A stretch of 33,016 bases of DNA, from assembly GCA_038060895.1 (NCBI GenBank), contig JBBTCT010000030.1, forward strand, positions 1 to 33,016. The letters are read 5' to 3'. This document shows positions 24,252 through 32,502 of the stretch, piece by piece. Position 1 is the first letter of the stretch. Each line of letters begins with the position of its first letter. The DNA comes from Planctomycetota bacterium. GTDB lineage: Bacteria; Planctomycetota; MHYJ01; WSZJ01. A model generated the notes under the pieces. That model did not search any database and was not told where the DNA came from. It saw only the letters and a list, made by a program, of their open reading frames with translations. A program made the translations under genes and the position numbers.

Positions 24252-25601
24252 ATGACGACCAACGTCCTGCTCGCGGAAGTTGCCGCGGCCGCCTCCGGCC
24301 CGGAGGAGCTCGTTCTCCGGCTGCTCCTGCAGCTCGCGGTCATCCTCGCCGCTTCGCGAATCGTGAGCTGGCTCGCGCGCCGTTTCCTCGGCCAGACTGA
24401 CGTCTCCGGCGAGATCCTCGCGGGGCTGCTCCTCGGTCCGAGCTTCCTCGGGGCGATCTCGAAGACGTTCATGGAGCAGCTCTTCCATCCCTCCACGCGC
24501 GAGATCTTCGGCGGAATCGCGGAGGTCGGGCTCGTCCTGCTTCTCTTCCAGATCGGCCTGGAATTCGAATTCAAGGAGCACCTCGGCCGCGACCGGCGGC
24601 CGGTCCTTGCGATCAGCCTCGTCGGGCTCGCGCTTCCGTTCGCTTGCGGGTATCTCGCGGCGCCGTGGTTCTGGGGGCAATTTGCCGAGCCGCGCCCGTC
24701 GCTCGAGGGATTCAGGCTTTTCTTCGCGGTCGCGCTTTCGATCACGGCGCTTCCCGTCCTCGGCCGCATCTACATGGAGCTCGGCCTGTCGCACACCCGC
24801 ACGGCCGCGCTCACGGTCGGCGCCGCCGCCATCAACGACGCGGCCGGCTGGCTCATCCTCGGCGTCGTCGCCGTCGTCGTGCGCGGCGACGCCGCGGGCC
24901 GCTGGATCCTCCCGCGCCTCGCCGGACTTGCCGCCTACGCCGCCGTCCTCTGGTTCGTCGCGCGCCCACTCCTCAAACACCTCGTCTCTCGCCACCTCGA
25001 CCGCCACGGCACCCTGCGCGCCCCCGCAATCGGCGCCATCCTCGTCCTCGTCTTCGCTTCCGCCGCCGCCACCAGCGCCCTCGGCATCTTCGCCATCATC
25101 GGCGGCTTCGCCCTCGGCCTCACCCTCCACGACGACCGCCGCTTCGCAACAGACTGGAAACTCCGCGTCAGCCCCCTCGTCTGGACGCTCTTCCTCCCCA
25201 TCTTCTTCGCCTGCACCGGACTGCGGACCGACATCGGCTCGCTTCATGGCCCCAGCGCCATCGTTCAGTGCCTCCTCGTCTGCGGGCTGGCGTTCGCGAC
25301 GAAGTTCATCGGTGCCTTCGCGGCCGCGCGCGCCTGCGGGGAGGATCTGCGAAGCGCCACGACCATCGGCGTGAGCATGAACACCCGCGGGCTCATGGAG
25401 CTCATCGCCCTCAACATCGGTTACCAGCTCGGCGTCCTCCCGCGACCGATGTACACGATCCTCGTCCTGATGGCCCTCGCCAGCACGTTGCTTGCGACGC
25501 CGGCGATCCGGTACTTGATGAAGAGAGAGCAGAAGAAGGACGGCGACCCGCTGTCGGGTCCAGCTGCCGAATCGCGGCCGGTCGAGACCGCGGTTCCATA
25601 G
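24252..25601 (+). CDS. Cation:proton antiporter (CPA2/Kef-type, Na+/H+ exchanger family)
   Basis: Many hydrophobic segments with GEILAGLLLGPS, LFQIGLE, SITALPVLGRI, AAAIND, FLPIFF..TGLRTD and MNTRGLMELI. Confidence 0.92.
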   Translation: MTTNVLLAEVAAAASGPEELVLRLLLQLAVILAASRIVSWLARRFLGQTDVSGEILAGLLLGPSFLGAISKTFMEQLFHPSTREIFGGIAEVGLVLLLFQIGLEFEFKEHLGRDRRPVLAISLVGLALPFACGYLAAPWFWGQFAEPRPSLEGFRLFFAVALSITALPVLGRIYMELGLSHTRTAALTVGAAAINDAAGWLILGVVAVVVRGDAAGRWILPRLAGLAAYAAVLWFVARPLLKHLVSRHLDRHGTLRAPAIGAILVLVFASAAATSALGIFAIIGGFALGLTLHDDRRFATDWKLRVSPLVWTLFLPIFFACTGLRTDIGSLHGPSAIVQCLLVCGLAFATKFIGAFAAARACGEDLRSATTIGVSMNTRGLMELIALNIGYQLGVLPRPMYTILVLMALASTLLATPAIRYLMKREQKKDGDPLSGPAAESRPVETAVP

Positions 25602-25753
25602 GCGCCCGCGCCCGGCCGCGAGGTTAAGATTCCCCAGTTCGGCGGGAGAGTCCGCACCTGCTTCCCGCCAGTTCCCAATCGGGCCTCGGCACGCGCATTG
25701 CGTCCGTTCGAACTCACCCGCAGCGCGACAGTGCCGGGGAAGCGGAGGCCGAA

Positions 25754-26659
25754 GTGGCGCTCAAAGGCAACAAGCGGATCCGGTCCGTGGCGCTGTTTGG
25801 CCTCGGCGTCGTGCTGGGCGCGACCGGGGGGCCGGTGGTGTACCGGAAACTTCATCCGCCGCTTCGGCAGCGTCCCGATATGAGAGATCACCCTGGAAGC
25901 GCTTCCTTTGCGCCGCCGGAATTGCCGCCGGAGGGCATTCAGGAGCCAACGCCGGATGATCCCGGAGCGCCCGTGCCGCCGGGACCCGGGAAAGTGGAAC
26001 ATCCTGAGCCCACAGTGCCCGAGATCGTGACTGCCATGCCCCCCCGCGGACCGGAATTCTTCGGATTCTCCGTGGGCTCGAACGACCGCGCGCCCGACCC
26101 CGTGCGGGAACCCAAGCCCGCGCCCAAGCCGGCTCCTGCTCCGAAGCTGGTGCGGCTCAGGCTGATGAAAGGCCGCTGCGTCGGCGGCTTCGACGGCACT
26201 TCACCCGTCCTCGACTTCTCCGGCTGGACCCGGTCGATCGTCGGCGAGCTGACCTACGAGACGGGCCGTCTCGCCGAAACTGCCAGGGGATTGGTGACCG
26301 CTGATCCCGCGACGCTGGACACGGGGGACGCCGCCCGCGACAAGGAGATTCGCGAGAAGATCCTCGAGACCGCGAAGTTCCCGCAAATGAGTTTTGAAGT
26401 CGGGGTGATCGGGATGACGGGCCTGGACACGATGAACATGTCCGGCACGATGGAGATCCACGGAGTCAGGAAACAGGTGACAATTCCCTGCTCGATCCGG
26501 GTGCGTCGCGACGGATACGCGTGGATGAAGGGCGAGATCCGGCTGAACATGACCGACTTCGGAATCGACCCGCCCGTGAAGATGGGGATCATCAAGGTGA
26601 GGGACGAAATCCGGATCTGGTTCGAGATCTGGGCGGAGCCGGTGAAGGAATTGAAATGA
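25754..26659 (+). CDS. YceI family protein with N-terminal membrane anchor and Pro-rich linker
   Basis: LDTGDAARDKEIR..LETAKFPQMSF, GTMEIHGVRK and MTDFGIDPP. GGAGG lies upstream of the GTG. Confidence 0.85.
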   Translation: MALKGNKRIRSVALFGLGVVLGATGGPVVYRKLHPPLRQRPDMRDHPGSASFAPPELPPEGIQEPTPDDPGAPVPPGPGKVEHPEPTVPEIVTAMPPRGPEFFGFSVGSNDRAPDPVREPKPAPKPAPAPKLVRLRLMKGRCVGGFDGTSPVLDFSGWTRSIVGELTYETGRLAETARGLVTADPATLDTGDAARDKEIREKILETAKFPQMSFEVGVIGMTGLDTMNMSGTMEIHGVRKQVTIPCSIRVRRDGYAWMKGEIRLNMTDFGIDPPVKMGIIKVRDEIRIWFEIWAEPVKELK

Positions 26660-26662
26660 CGC

Positions 26663-26696
26663 AAAAAAACCACCGGCGCGTTGGCGCGCGGTGGTT
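26663..26696. terminator. Terminator-like hairpin (U-tract on the minus strand)
   Basis: A7 run, then aaccaccg-gcgc-gttg-gcgc-g-cggtggtt, directly after the YceI stop. Confidence 0.6.
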
Positions 26697-26790
26697 CAAG
26701 GACCCCGAACTCCCATGGTCATTGAGTCCTCGAAGTTGAAGGAGCGGCCGCCCGCAAGAGCATCGGATCGACAATCCGATGAAGCGAGAT

Positions 26791-26850
26791 GGGGCAGGAG
26801 AGGGCAGGAGTGGTCGTGAGAGGGCAGGATGGGGCAGGAGTGGCCACCCG
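26791..26850. repeat. 10-nt period tandem repeat (RGGGCAGGAG-like)
   Basis: ggggcaggag agggcaggag tggtcgtgag agggcaggat ggggcaggag tggccacccg. Confidence 0.7.
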
Positions 26851-26977
26851 TGCGTGCATACAGTTGGCGAGGTTTTGCGGTAGAGATCCGGTCGGTTCCC
26901 TGCGCTACACATCTCGGCGCGTGCCGCGCGCACGCTCTGCGAGGTAAAATGGCAGAGTCCCCATTGGATGACTCTTC

Positions 26978-27358
26978 ATGCCATCCGCGTCCAAGCTGGC
27001 CCCGAACACGAGCCGATTGTTCGCCAACGCACTCAAGCTGAACCCCGGACTGCGCCTCGCGCTAGCGGACCGTCTCTATTGCAGCCTCGATCCCGATCCC
27101 GAAGTCGAGGCGGCCTGGGACAAAGAAATCGCCCGGCGGTTGAGACAAGTGGAGTCCGGGAAGGCGAAACTGGTGCCCTGGTCCGAGATCCGCCGAAAAC
27201 TGTTCAGCGCCGAGTGTGAAGCAGACCGGGACTCCAAGGCCGCTTTCCGCGCGACCCTGCTTCGTCGGCGCGACGAGATGCTCACAGGCAAAGTTAAAGG
27301 CATGACCGTAGAACAGTTCATGCGCGCCCTCGATCGGCAGGCCGCGAAGCGCCGTTGA
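26978..27358 (+). CDS. Putative addiction module component (TIGR02574-like unstable antitoxin) with duplicated C-terminal motif
   Basis: ALKL...RLALADRLYCSLD..EVEAAWDKEIARRL..VESGKAKLVPWSEIRRKL matches the family pattern. Confidence 0.75.
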   Translation: MPSASKLAPNTSRLFANALKLNPGLRLALADRLYCSLDPDPEVEAAWDKEIARRLRQVESGKAKLVPWSEIRRKLFSAECEADRDSKAAFRATLLRRRDEMLTGKVKGMTVEQFMRALDRQAAKRR

Positions 27359-27402
27359 TCCGGATTCCCTCCGCCCGTTACAATGTTGTCCCGAGGTCAA
27401 AC

Positions 27403-27654
27403 ATGCCACTGCACCCCCGAATCGAAATGAACCCCGCCATCATGCTCGGCAAGCCCGTGATCCGCGGCACGCGCATCCCGGTCGAGTTGCTGCTGCGCAA
27501 ACTGAGCGAAGGGGCGACCGAGCACGATCTGCTCGACGGCTACCCTCGATTGACGCCCGACGATTTGCGGGCCGCTCTCGCGTACGCGGCCGACACCCTG
27601 TCTCATGAGGAAACTGTCATCCCCGACTCGCCGGCCCCCGCGCCGAAAGCTTAG
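27403..27654 (+). CDS. DUF433 domain antitoxin
   Basis: RIEMNPAIMLGKPVIRGTRIPVELLL..GAT..DLLDGYPRLT.DDLRAALAYA. GAGG RBS and TACAAT upstream. Confidence 0.92.
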   Translation: MPLHPRIEMNPAIMLGKPVIRGTRIPVELLLRKLSEGATEHDLLDGYPRLTPDDLRAALAYAADTLSHEETVIPDSPAPAPKA

Positions 27655-27657
27655 CGC

Positions 27658-28023
27658 GTGCGGTTTCTGGCCGACGAGAGCTGCGATTTCGCGGCCGTTC
27701 GCGCGCTCCGTGCAGCCGGGCATGATGTGCTGGCCGTTTTCGAGGTCGCGCCGAGAGCAACCGACCCGGAAGTCCTCGCCCTCGCCGCCCGTGAGGACCG
27801 AACGCTTCTGACGGAGGACAAGGACTTCGGCCAGCTGGTGTTCGCCGGCGCCGGTGCGCAGTCCGGAGTCATCCTGATCCGATTCCGTTCCCAGACCCGG
27901 CAGGGACTCGGCAAAGCCGTGACTGACCTTGTCACCCGCCACGCCGAAGCCCTCCGCGGCCGGTTCACGGTGCTGGAGCCAGGCAAGACGCGCCTCTCGG
28001 GTCCGAAGCCGGGCGCACCGTAG
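27658..28023 (+). CDS. DUF5615 family PIN-like toxin (VapC45-like)
   Basis: MRFLADES..LRAAGHDV..ATDPEVLALA..EDRTLLTEDKDFG..GVILIR. Starts 3 nt after DUF433. Confidence 0.9.
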   Translation: MRFLADESCDFAAVRALRAAGHDVLAVFEVAPRATDPEVLALAAREDRTLLTEDKDFGQLVFAGAGAQSGVILIRFRSQTRQGLGKAVTDLVTRHAEALRGRFTVLEPGKTRLSGPKPGAP

Positions 28024-28061
28024 CGGCCAATGCTGCATTCCTTGACCCGGGTCGCGAGCAG

Positions 28062-28880
28062 GTGCGAAATCGTCGGATGCCGACTCGCCCCTGCCGAATT
28101 CTGCCCGCCTTGCTCTCCTTTGCACGCGTCCTCCTCGACGCGACCGTGATCGCCGACGTTCTCGTGCGCCTCGGCCTGAAAACCTCGCGACCCGCGGTCC
28201 AGCGAAAGCTCCGTCGCCCGCCGCCCCGCAAGCCGCTCCGCCTCGTCAAGCCCGTTCGCAAGCAGCCGAAGGGCATCCGCGCCCGTCGCCCGCACCACGT
28301 CTGGTTCACCGATTTCACCCGGATGAGTTGGCTCTTCGGCACCGTCCTGGTCCACGTTGGCGCCGTTATCGACGCCTTCTCTCGAAAGATCGTGGCGATC
28401 GGCATCTCGGAGGGCGAGCCGACCGCGGAGTGGACCGTCCGACTCCTGAGCCGCGCCATCTCCTGGCACGGCACGCCGCGTCACTTTATCACGGACCAAG
28501 GCGCGCAATTCACCTCGAAGCGAATGAAGCTGTACCTGAGGCGCCACCGCGTCCGCTGGCGCCACGGCGCCGTCGGCACTTCGCAGAGCATCGCCCTCAT
28601 GGAACGGTTCTGGCGCACCTTCAAGTGCGAGTGGGCCACTGTCTGGCTCTGCTGGGCCTCGCGCCCCGTCATCGAACGACGGCTGCGCGAATGGGTGGCC
28701 TGGTACAACGAGCACCGCGTCCATCGAGGAGTCGGCGGTCGCGTCCCAGCCGAGGTCGAGCAGGGGAAGCGACGACGAAGACCGCTCGTCGTCAAGCCCG
28801 AGGACCGCTGGCTGCTCATCCGCGAAGACTTCTGCGGACAGAAGCACATGCCAGTCTACCGACTCCGCAAGTCGGCATAG
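28062..28880 (+). mobile_element. DDE integrase-core (rve) transposase, probably 5'-truncated
   Basis: HVWFTDFT, AVIDAFSRKIV, ITDQGAQFTS, MERFWRTFKCE and YNEHRVHRGV. Partial HTH (IADVLVRLGLKTSRPAVQRKLR). No clear RBS or terminal IRs. Confidence 0.8.
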
Positions 28881-29118
28881 ATCCTGCTCTAAGTTCGAAA
28901 GTGCGCCAGGCTCCCCGTGCATTCGCGACACGCCATCGACGATGAATTCGCGCGCTGCGCTGCCAACGAAGCGAGTCCTAGCGCCGCCCGAAGTCGCAAT
29001 GCCACCTCAATCCCATCGGTCGCAGCCCTTACGAGTGCCGAACTTCGTGCTCACGCCGCGCTCCGACTTGGTTTTGAGCCTGTACAAAGGTTCGTGTTTC
29101 AGTCCTGACCACCCGAAG

Positions 29119-29193
29119 TACCCCCAATGGGATTTGAACCCATGTCGCGGACGTGAAAAGCCCGTGTCCTAGACCAGGCTAGACGATGGGGGC
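29119..29193 (-). tRNA. tRNA-Glu(TTC)
   Basis: Reverse complement GCCCCCATCGTCTAGCCTGGTCTAGGACACGGGC-TTTTCAC-GTCCGCGACATGGGTTCAAATCCCATTGGGGGTA folds as a cloverleaf. CCA is not encoded. Confidence 0.95.
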
Positions 29194-29286
29194 GAGAAAA
29201 GCGGCCAAACGGCCTCGCGCGATCAGGAGGCCGTTTGGCCGTTCTACTCATCTGGAAGACGGGCCCTCCCGGGCCCGTCCTTGAAA

Positions 29287-29359
29287 TGAGGGCGCTGGGG
29301 ATCGAACCCAGGACCCACAGCTTAAAAGGCTGTTGCTCTACCAGCTGAGCTACGCCCTC
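29287..29359 (-). tRNA. tRNA-Lys(TTT)
   Basis: Reverse complement GAGGGCGTAGCTCAGCTGGTAGAGCAACAGC-CTTTTAA-GCTGTGGGTCCTGGGTTCGATCCCCAGCGCCCTCA folds as a cloverleaf. CCA is not encoded. Confidence 0.96.
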
Positions 29360-29414
29360 TCACTTCATGAACGACATCTTATCGTCCAGCCGCTACTGCG
29401 GGTTCAAGTCGAAC

Positions 29415-29975
29415 CTACACCTCCATGATTTCCTTGGTTTTCTTCTCAAGGATGTCGTCGATCTTCGTCTCGTGGCCGGTGATCGACTTCTGGATCTCTT
29501 CCTTGAAGCGAGTCAGTTCGTCCTCCGTCATGACCTTCTTCTTTTCCTCGTCCTCGGCCTGCTTCATGGCGTCGCGGCGGATGTTGCGGATCGCGACCTT
29601 GGCTTTCTCGGAGCTGTCCTTCGCCATCTTCGAGTACTGCTTGCGGCGTTCCTCGGAGAGGGGAGGGATGGCGAGGCGGATGAGCTTGCCGTCGTTCTGG
29701 GGGTTGATGCCCAGGTTGGATTTCTGGATGGCCTTCTCGATGCCCGGGAGCGCGCCGACGTCGTAGGGCTTGATGACGATGAGGCGCGCATCGGGGCAAG
29801 AAATCGAAGCGACCTGCTTGATCGGCGTGGGGGCGCCGTAGTACTCGACCATGAAATGATCGACGAGCGCGGGCGTCGCGCGGCCGGTGCGGAGGCCCTT
29901 GAACTCTTCGGTCAGGACCGCGACAGCCTTGTCCATCTTGTCGTCGGCTTCGAGGATGATGTCGTCGCTGGGCAT
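29415..29975 (-). CDS. frr: Ribosome recycling factor
   Basis: LRTGRATP, YYGAPTP, LGINPQNDG, PPLSEERRK and KVAIRNIRRDA; canonical position after pyrH. Confidence 0.98.
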   Translation of the reverse strand: MPSDDIILEADDKMDKAVAVLTEEFKGLRTGRATPALVDHFMVEYYGAPTPIKQVASISCPDARLIVIKPYDVGALPGIEKAIQKSNLGINPQNDGKLIRLAIPPLSEERRKQYSKMAKDSSEKAKVAIRNIRRDAMKQAEDEEKKKVMTEDELTRFKEEIQKSITGHETKIDDILEKKTKEIMEV

Positions 29976-29982
29976 GGGATTC

Positions 29983-30699
29983 CTATCCGCTGATGATGGT
30001 GCCGATTTGCTCGCCCTGGACGACGCGGGCGATGTTGCCCGGGGTCTTGAGGTCGAAAATGATGATCGGGATGTGGTATTCCATGCACATCGAGATCGCG
30101 GTCGAGTCCATGACCTTGAGGCGCTGGTTGAGGACCTCGAGGTAGGTGAGCTTGTCGTACTTTTTCGCTGTCGGGTCCTTTTTCGGGTCGCCCGTGTAGA
30201 CGCCGTCGACCTTGGTGGCCTTCAGGATCACCTCGCAGCCGAGTTCCGTCGCCCGGAGCGCCGCGGCCGTGTCCGTCGTGACGTGCGGGTTGCCCGTGCC
30301 GGCCGCGAGGATCACGATCCGGCCCTTCTCCATGTGAGCCAGCGTTCGCCGGCGGATGTACGGCTCGGCCACGCTGTGCACGCTGATCGCCGTCGCAACC
30401 CGGACCTGCGCGCCGTGCTTTTCGAGGACGTCCTGAAGCGCCAGCGCGTTGATCACCGTCGCCAGCATCCCCATGTAGTCGGCCGTCGCCGCCGTCACGC
30501 CGCGCTTCGACAGCTCCGCGCCGCGAACGATGTTTCCGCCGCCGACCACCACCGCCACCTGCGCGCCGACATCGCGGGCCTTGAGGATCTCGCTCGCGAG
30601 CGAATCGATCTCGTCGATGTCCAACCCCTTGTTCCCCGAGGCGCACAAACCCTCGCCGGAAACTTTGAGCAGGATGCGCCGGTAGCGCGGGGCCGTCAC
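29983..30699 (-). CDS. pyrH: UMP kinase
   Basis: [40 protein letters not shown] and ATKVDGVY. The GTG start overlaps the tsf TGA (GTGA). Confidence 0.97.
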   Translation of the reverse strand: MTAPRYRRILLKVSGEGLCASGNKGLDIDEIDSLASEILKARDVGAQVAVVVGGGNIVRGAELSKRGVTAATADYMGMLATVINALALQDVLEKHGAQVRVATAISVHSVAEPYIRRRTLAHMEKGRIVILAAGTGNPHVTTDTAAALRATELGCEVILKATKVDGVYTGDPKKDPTAKKYDKLTYLEVLNQRLKVMDSTAISMCMEYHIPIIIFDLKTPGNIARVVQGEQIGTIISG

Positions 30700-31310
30700 A
30701 GGCTCGCCCCGCCTCCCACCCCGACTTCGCTCCACGCGAAGCGCCGCACCACGATGTTCTCACCGAGCTTGCCCGCGACTCCCTTGACCATGTCGTTGAT
30801 CGTGCCCTTGAACTTGTCCTCGTTGCAGAAGGGCTGATCCATCAGGACCATCTGCATGTAGAGCCCCTTCTCCAGTTTCCCCGCGAGAATCTTCTCGGCG
30901 ATCTCGGGCGGCTTTCCTTTGATCGAGTCCTGGCTGGCCGCCTTTTCCTTTTCGACGAGCTCCGCGGGAACCTGCTCGCGTCTCACGACGACAGGCTTCG
31001 TGCAGGCAATGTGAAGCGCGATATTCTGCGCCATCTCCTGGAATTCGGTCGTGTTCGCGACGAAGTCGGTCTCGCAGTTGACCTCGACGAGGGCGGCCAG
31101 GCGGCCGTTGAAGTGGACGTAGGTGAAGACGCGGCCGGCTTTCGCCTCGCGCTCGCCGAGCTTCGCGCCTTTCTGTCCCGCTTTCGTGCGGAGCAGTTCG
31201 ACAGCCTTCTGGAAATCGCCGCCCGACTCCTCGAGCACGGACTTGGCGAGCATGAACGGCGCGCCGGTCCGATCGCGGAATTCCTTCACTTGCGTTGCGC
31301 TGATGGCCAT
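30696..31310 (-). CDS. tsf: Elongation factor Ts (short form)
   Basis: [20 protein letters not shown] and GENIVVRRF; 204 aa. Confidence 0.97.
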   Translation of the reverse strand: MAISATQVKEFRDRTGAPFMLAKSVLEESGGDFQKAVELLRTKAGQKGAKLGEREAKAGRVFTYVHFNGRLAALVEVNCETDFVANTTEFQEMAQNIALHIACTKPVVVRREQVPAELVEKEKAASQDSIKGKPPEIAEKILAGKLEKGLYMQMVLMDQPFCNEDKFKGTINDMVKGVAGKLGENIVVRRFAWSEVGVGGGASL

Positions 31311-31335
31311 CTTTTCAACCTCTGGATATGAAGGA

Positions 31336-31357
31336 GGGGTGGGCCTAGGCCCACCCC
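31336..31357. other. Perfect 22-bp palindrome in the rpsB-tsf spacer
   Basis: ggggtgggcctaggcccacccc, with no long U-tract. Possible processing or attenuation hairpin. Confidence 0.6.
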
Positions 31358-31386
31358 GCCCGGTGACTCAGAATGTGGTGGAATTC

Positions 31387-32331
31387 CTACGGCTTGGCGG
31401 CGCCCGGCTCTACCTTCACGGTCTTCGTCTTGGCAGCCTCGGGCTTCTTCGCTTCCTCGGCGGCTCCTTCAGCCTTGGCCGGAGCGGCCTTGGCGGCTTC
31501 CGCAGCCTTCGCCGCTTCGACCTTGGCAGCCTCCGCGACCCTCTTGGCTTCCTCTTCCTTGCGCTTCGCAGATTCCTCCGCGGCCTTCTTGCGGCGTTCT
31601 TCCTCTTCCTTCTTCCGCTGCTCTTCCTGCTGCTTCAGCACGAGCGCGTAACGCGTCTTGCCCTCGATGACCGCGTCGGCGAGGCGGCTGAAGACGATCT
31701 GGATGACGCGCATGGCGTCGTCGTTGCCGGGAATCGGGATGTCCACGGAGCTGGGGTCGCCATCAGTGTCGATGAGCGCGATGACCGAGATGCCGGACTT
31801 GCGAGCCTCGGCGACCGCGTTCTTCTCGCGCCGCGGGTCGGCCATGATGAGCGCCGCGGGAAGCTTGCGCATGTTCCGCAGCCCGTCGAGGTTGCGCTTC
31901 AGCTTCCGCTTCTCGCGCATCACCATCGACTTTTCCTTCTTCGTGTACAGGTCGAGCGTGCCCGCAGCTTCCTGCGACTCGATCTCGAGGAGCCGCTTGA
32001 GACGCGAGCTGATCGTCGTGTAGTTGGTGATCGTGCCGCCGATCCACCGCTCCGAGACGTAATGCTGGCCGCAGCGGGCAGCCTCTGCCTCGGCGACTTT
32101 CTTCGCCTGGCGCTTGGTGCCGACGAAAAGAACTTCCTGGCCGTCTGAAGCGAGTTTCTTGCAGAACTCGTAGGCCTGGATGAGGCCCTTGATCGTCTCG
32201 CGCAGGTTGATGATGTGGATGAGGTTGCGCTTGCCGAAGATGAACGGCTTCATCTTGGGGTTCCAGCGCGACACGCGGTGTCCGAAGTGGACGCCGGACT
32301 GAAGCAGTTCCTGAACCGAAACCATCGCCAT
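31387..32331 (-). CDS. rpsB: 30S ribosomal protein S2 with Ala/Lys/Glu-rich C-terminal extension
   Basis: GVHFGH..WNPKM, LFVGTKRQA, RWIGGTITN, DTDGDP and IPGNDDA. GGAGG RBS at 32336-32340. Confidence 0.98.
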   Translation of the reverse strand: MAMVSVQELLQSGVHFGHRVSRWNPKMKPFIFGKRNLIHIINLRETIKGLIQAYEFCKKLASDGQEVLFVGTKRQAKKVAEAEAARCGQHYVSERWIGGTITNYTTISSRLKRLLEIESQEAAGTLDLYTKKEKSMVMREKRKLKRNLDGLRNMRKLPAALIMADPRREKNAVAEARKSGISVIALIDTDGDPSSVDIPIPGNDDAMRVIQIVFSRLADAVIEGKTRYALVLKQQEEQRKKEEEERRKKAAEESAKRKEEEAKRVAEAAKVEAAKAAEAAKAAPAKAEGAAEEAKKPEAAKTKTVKVEPGAAKP

Positions 32332-32441
32332 CTGGCCTCCGTAGTGCAGTGAGTGACTCGTCTCCGCCGAGACCCGGCCCGACTGTCGGGAAGGGCTCCC
32401 CCGCAAGGAGGATGCGCAGCCGCGAGACGAAAGGGGGGGGG

Positions 32442-32469
32442 ATTGTAGCGGTCTCTGGCTTGGGGTCAA
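32442..32469 (-). promoter_or_regulatory. Sigma70-type promoter of the rpsB operon
   Basis: TTGACC (32469-32464), 16-nt spacer, TACAAT (32447-32442). Confidence 0.75.
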
Positions 32470-32474
32470 GCACA

Positions 32475-32499
32475 TCCGGGAGCGCTGCGCGCTCCCGGA
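32475..32499. terminator. Hairpin downstream of the four-helix-bundle gene
   Basis: tccgggagcgc-tgc-gcgctcccgga, an 11-bp perfect stem with no clear U-tract. Confidence 0.5.
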
Positions 32500-32502
32500 A
32501 GG

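Noticed and set aside
25630-25680. Cobalamin-riboswitch-like words on the minus strand (GGGAA..GGTG..CCCGC..AACTG)
   Set aside because: The required helices and spacing are missing, and there is no downstream minus-strand gene to regulate.
26791-26850. Possible CRISPR or iteron array
   Set aside because: Contiguous degenerate 10-mers without spacers, and no rep gene nearby.
26956-26970. gtccccattggat as an att-like copy of the tRNA-Glu 3' end
   Set aside because: The match is too short and gapped to distinguish from chance.
30696-31310. EF-Ts looks truncated (204 aa)
   Set aside because: Short EF-Ts forms are well known in several phyla. Both termini are intact and the gene is coupled to pyrH.
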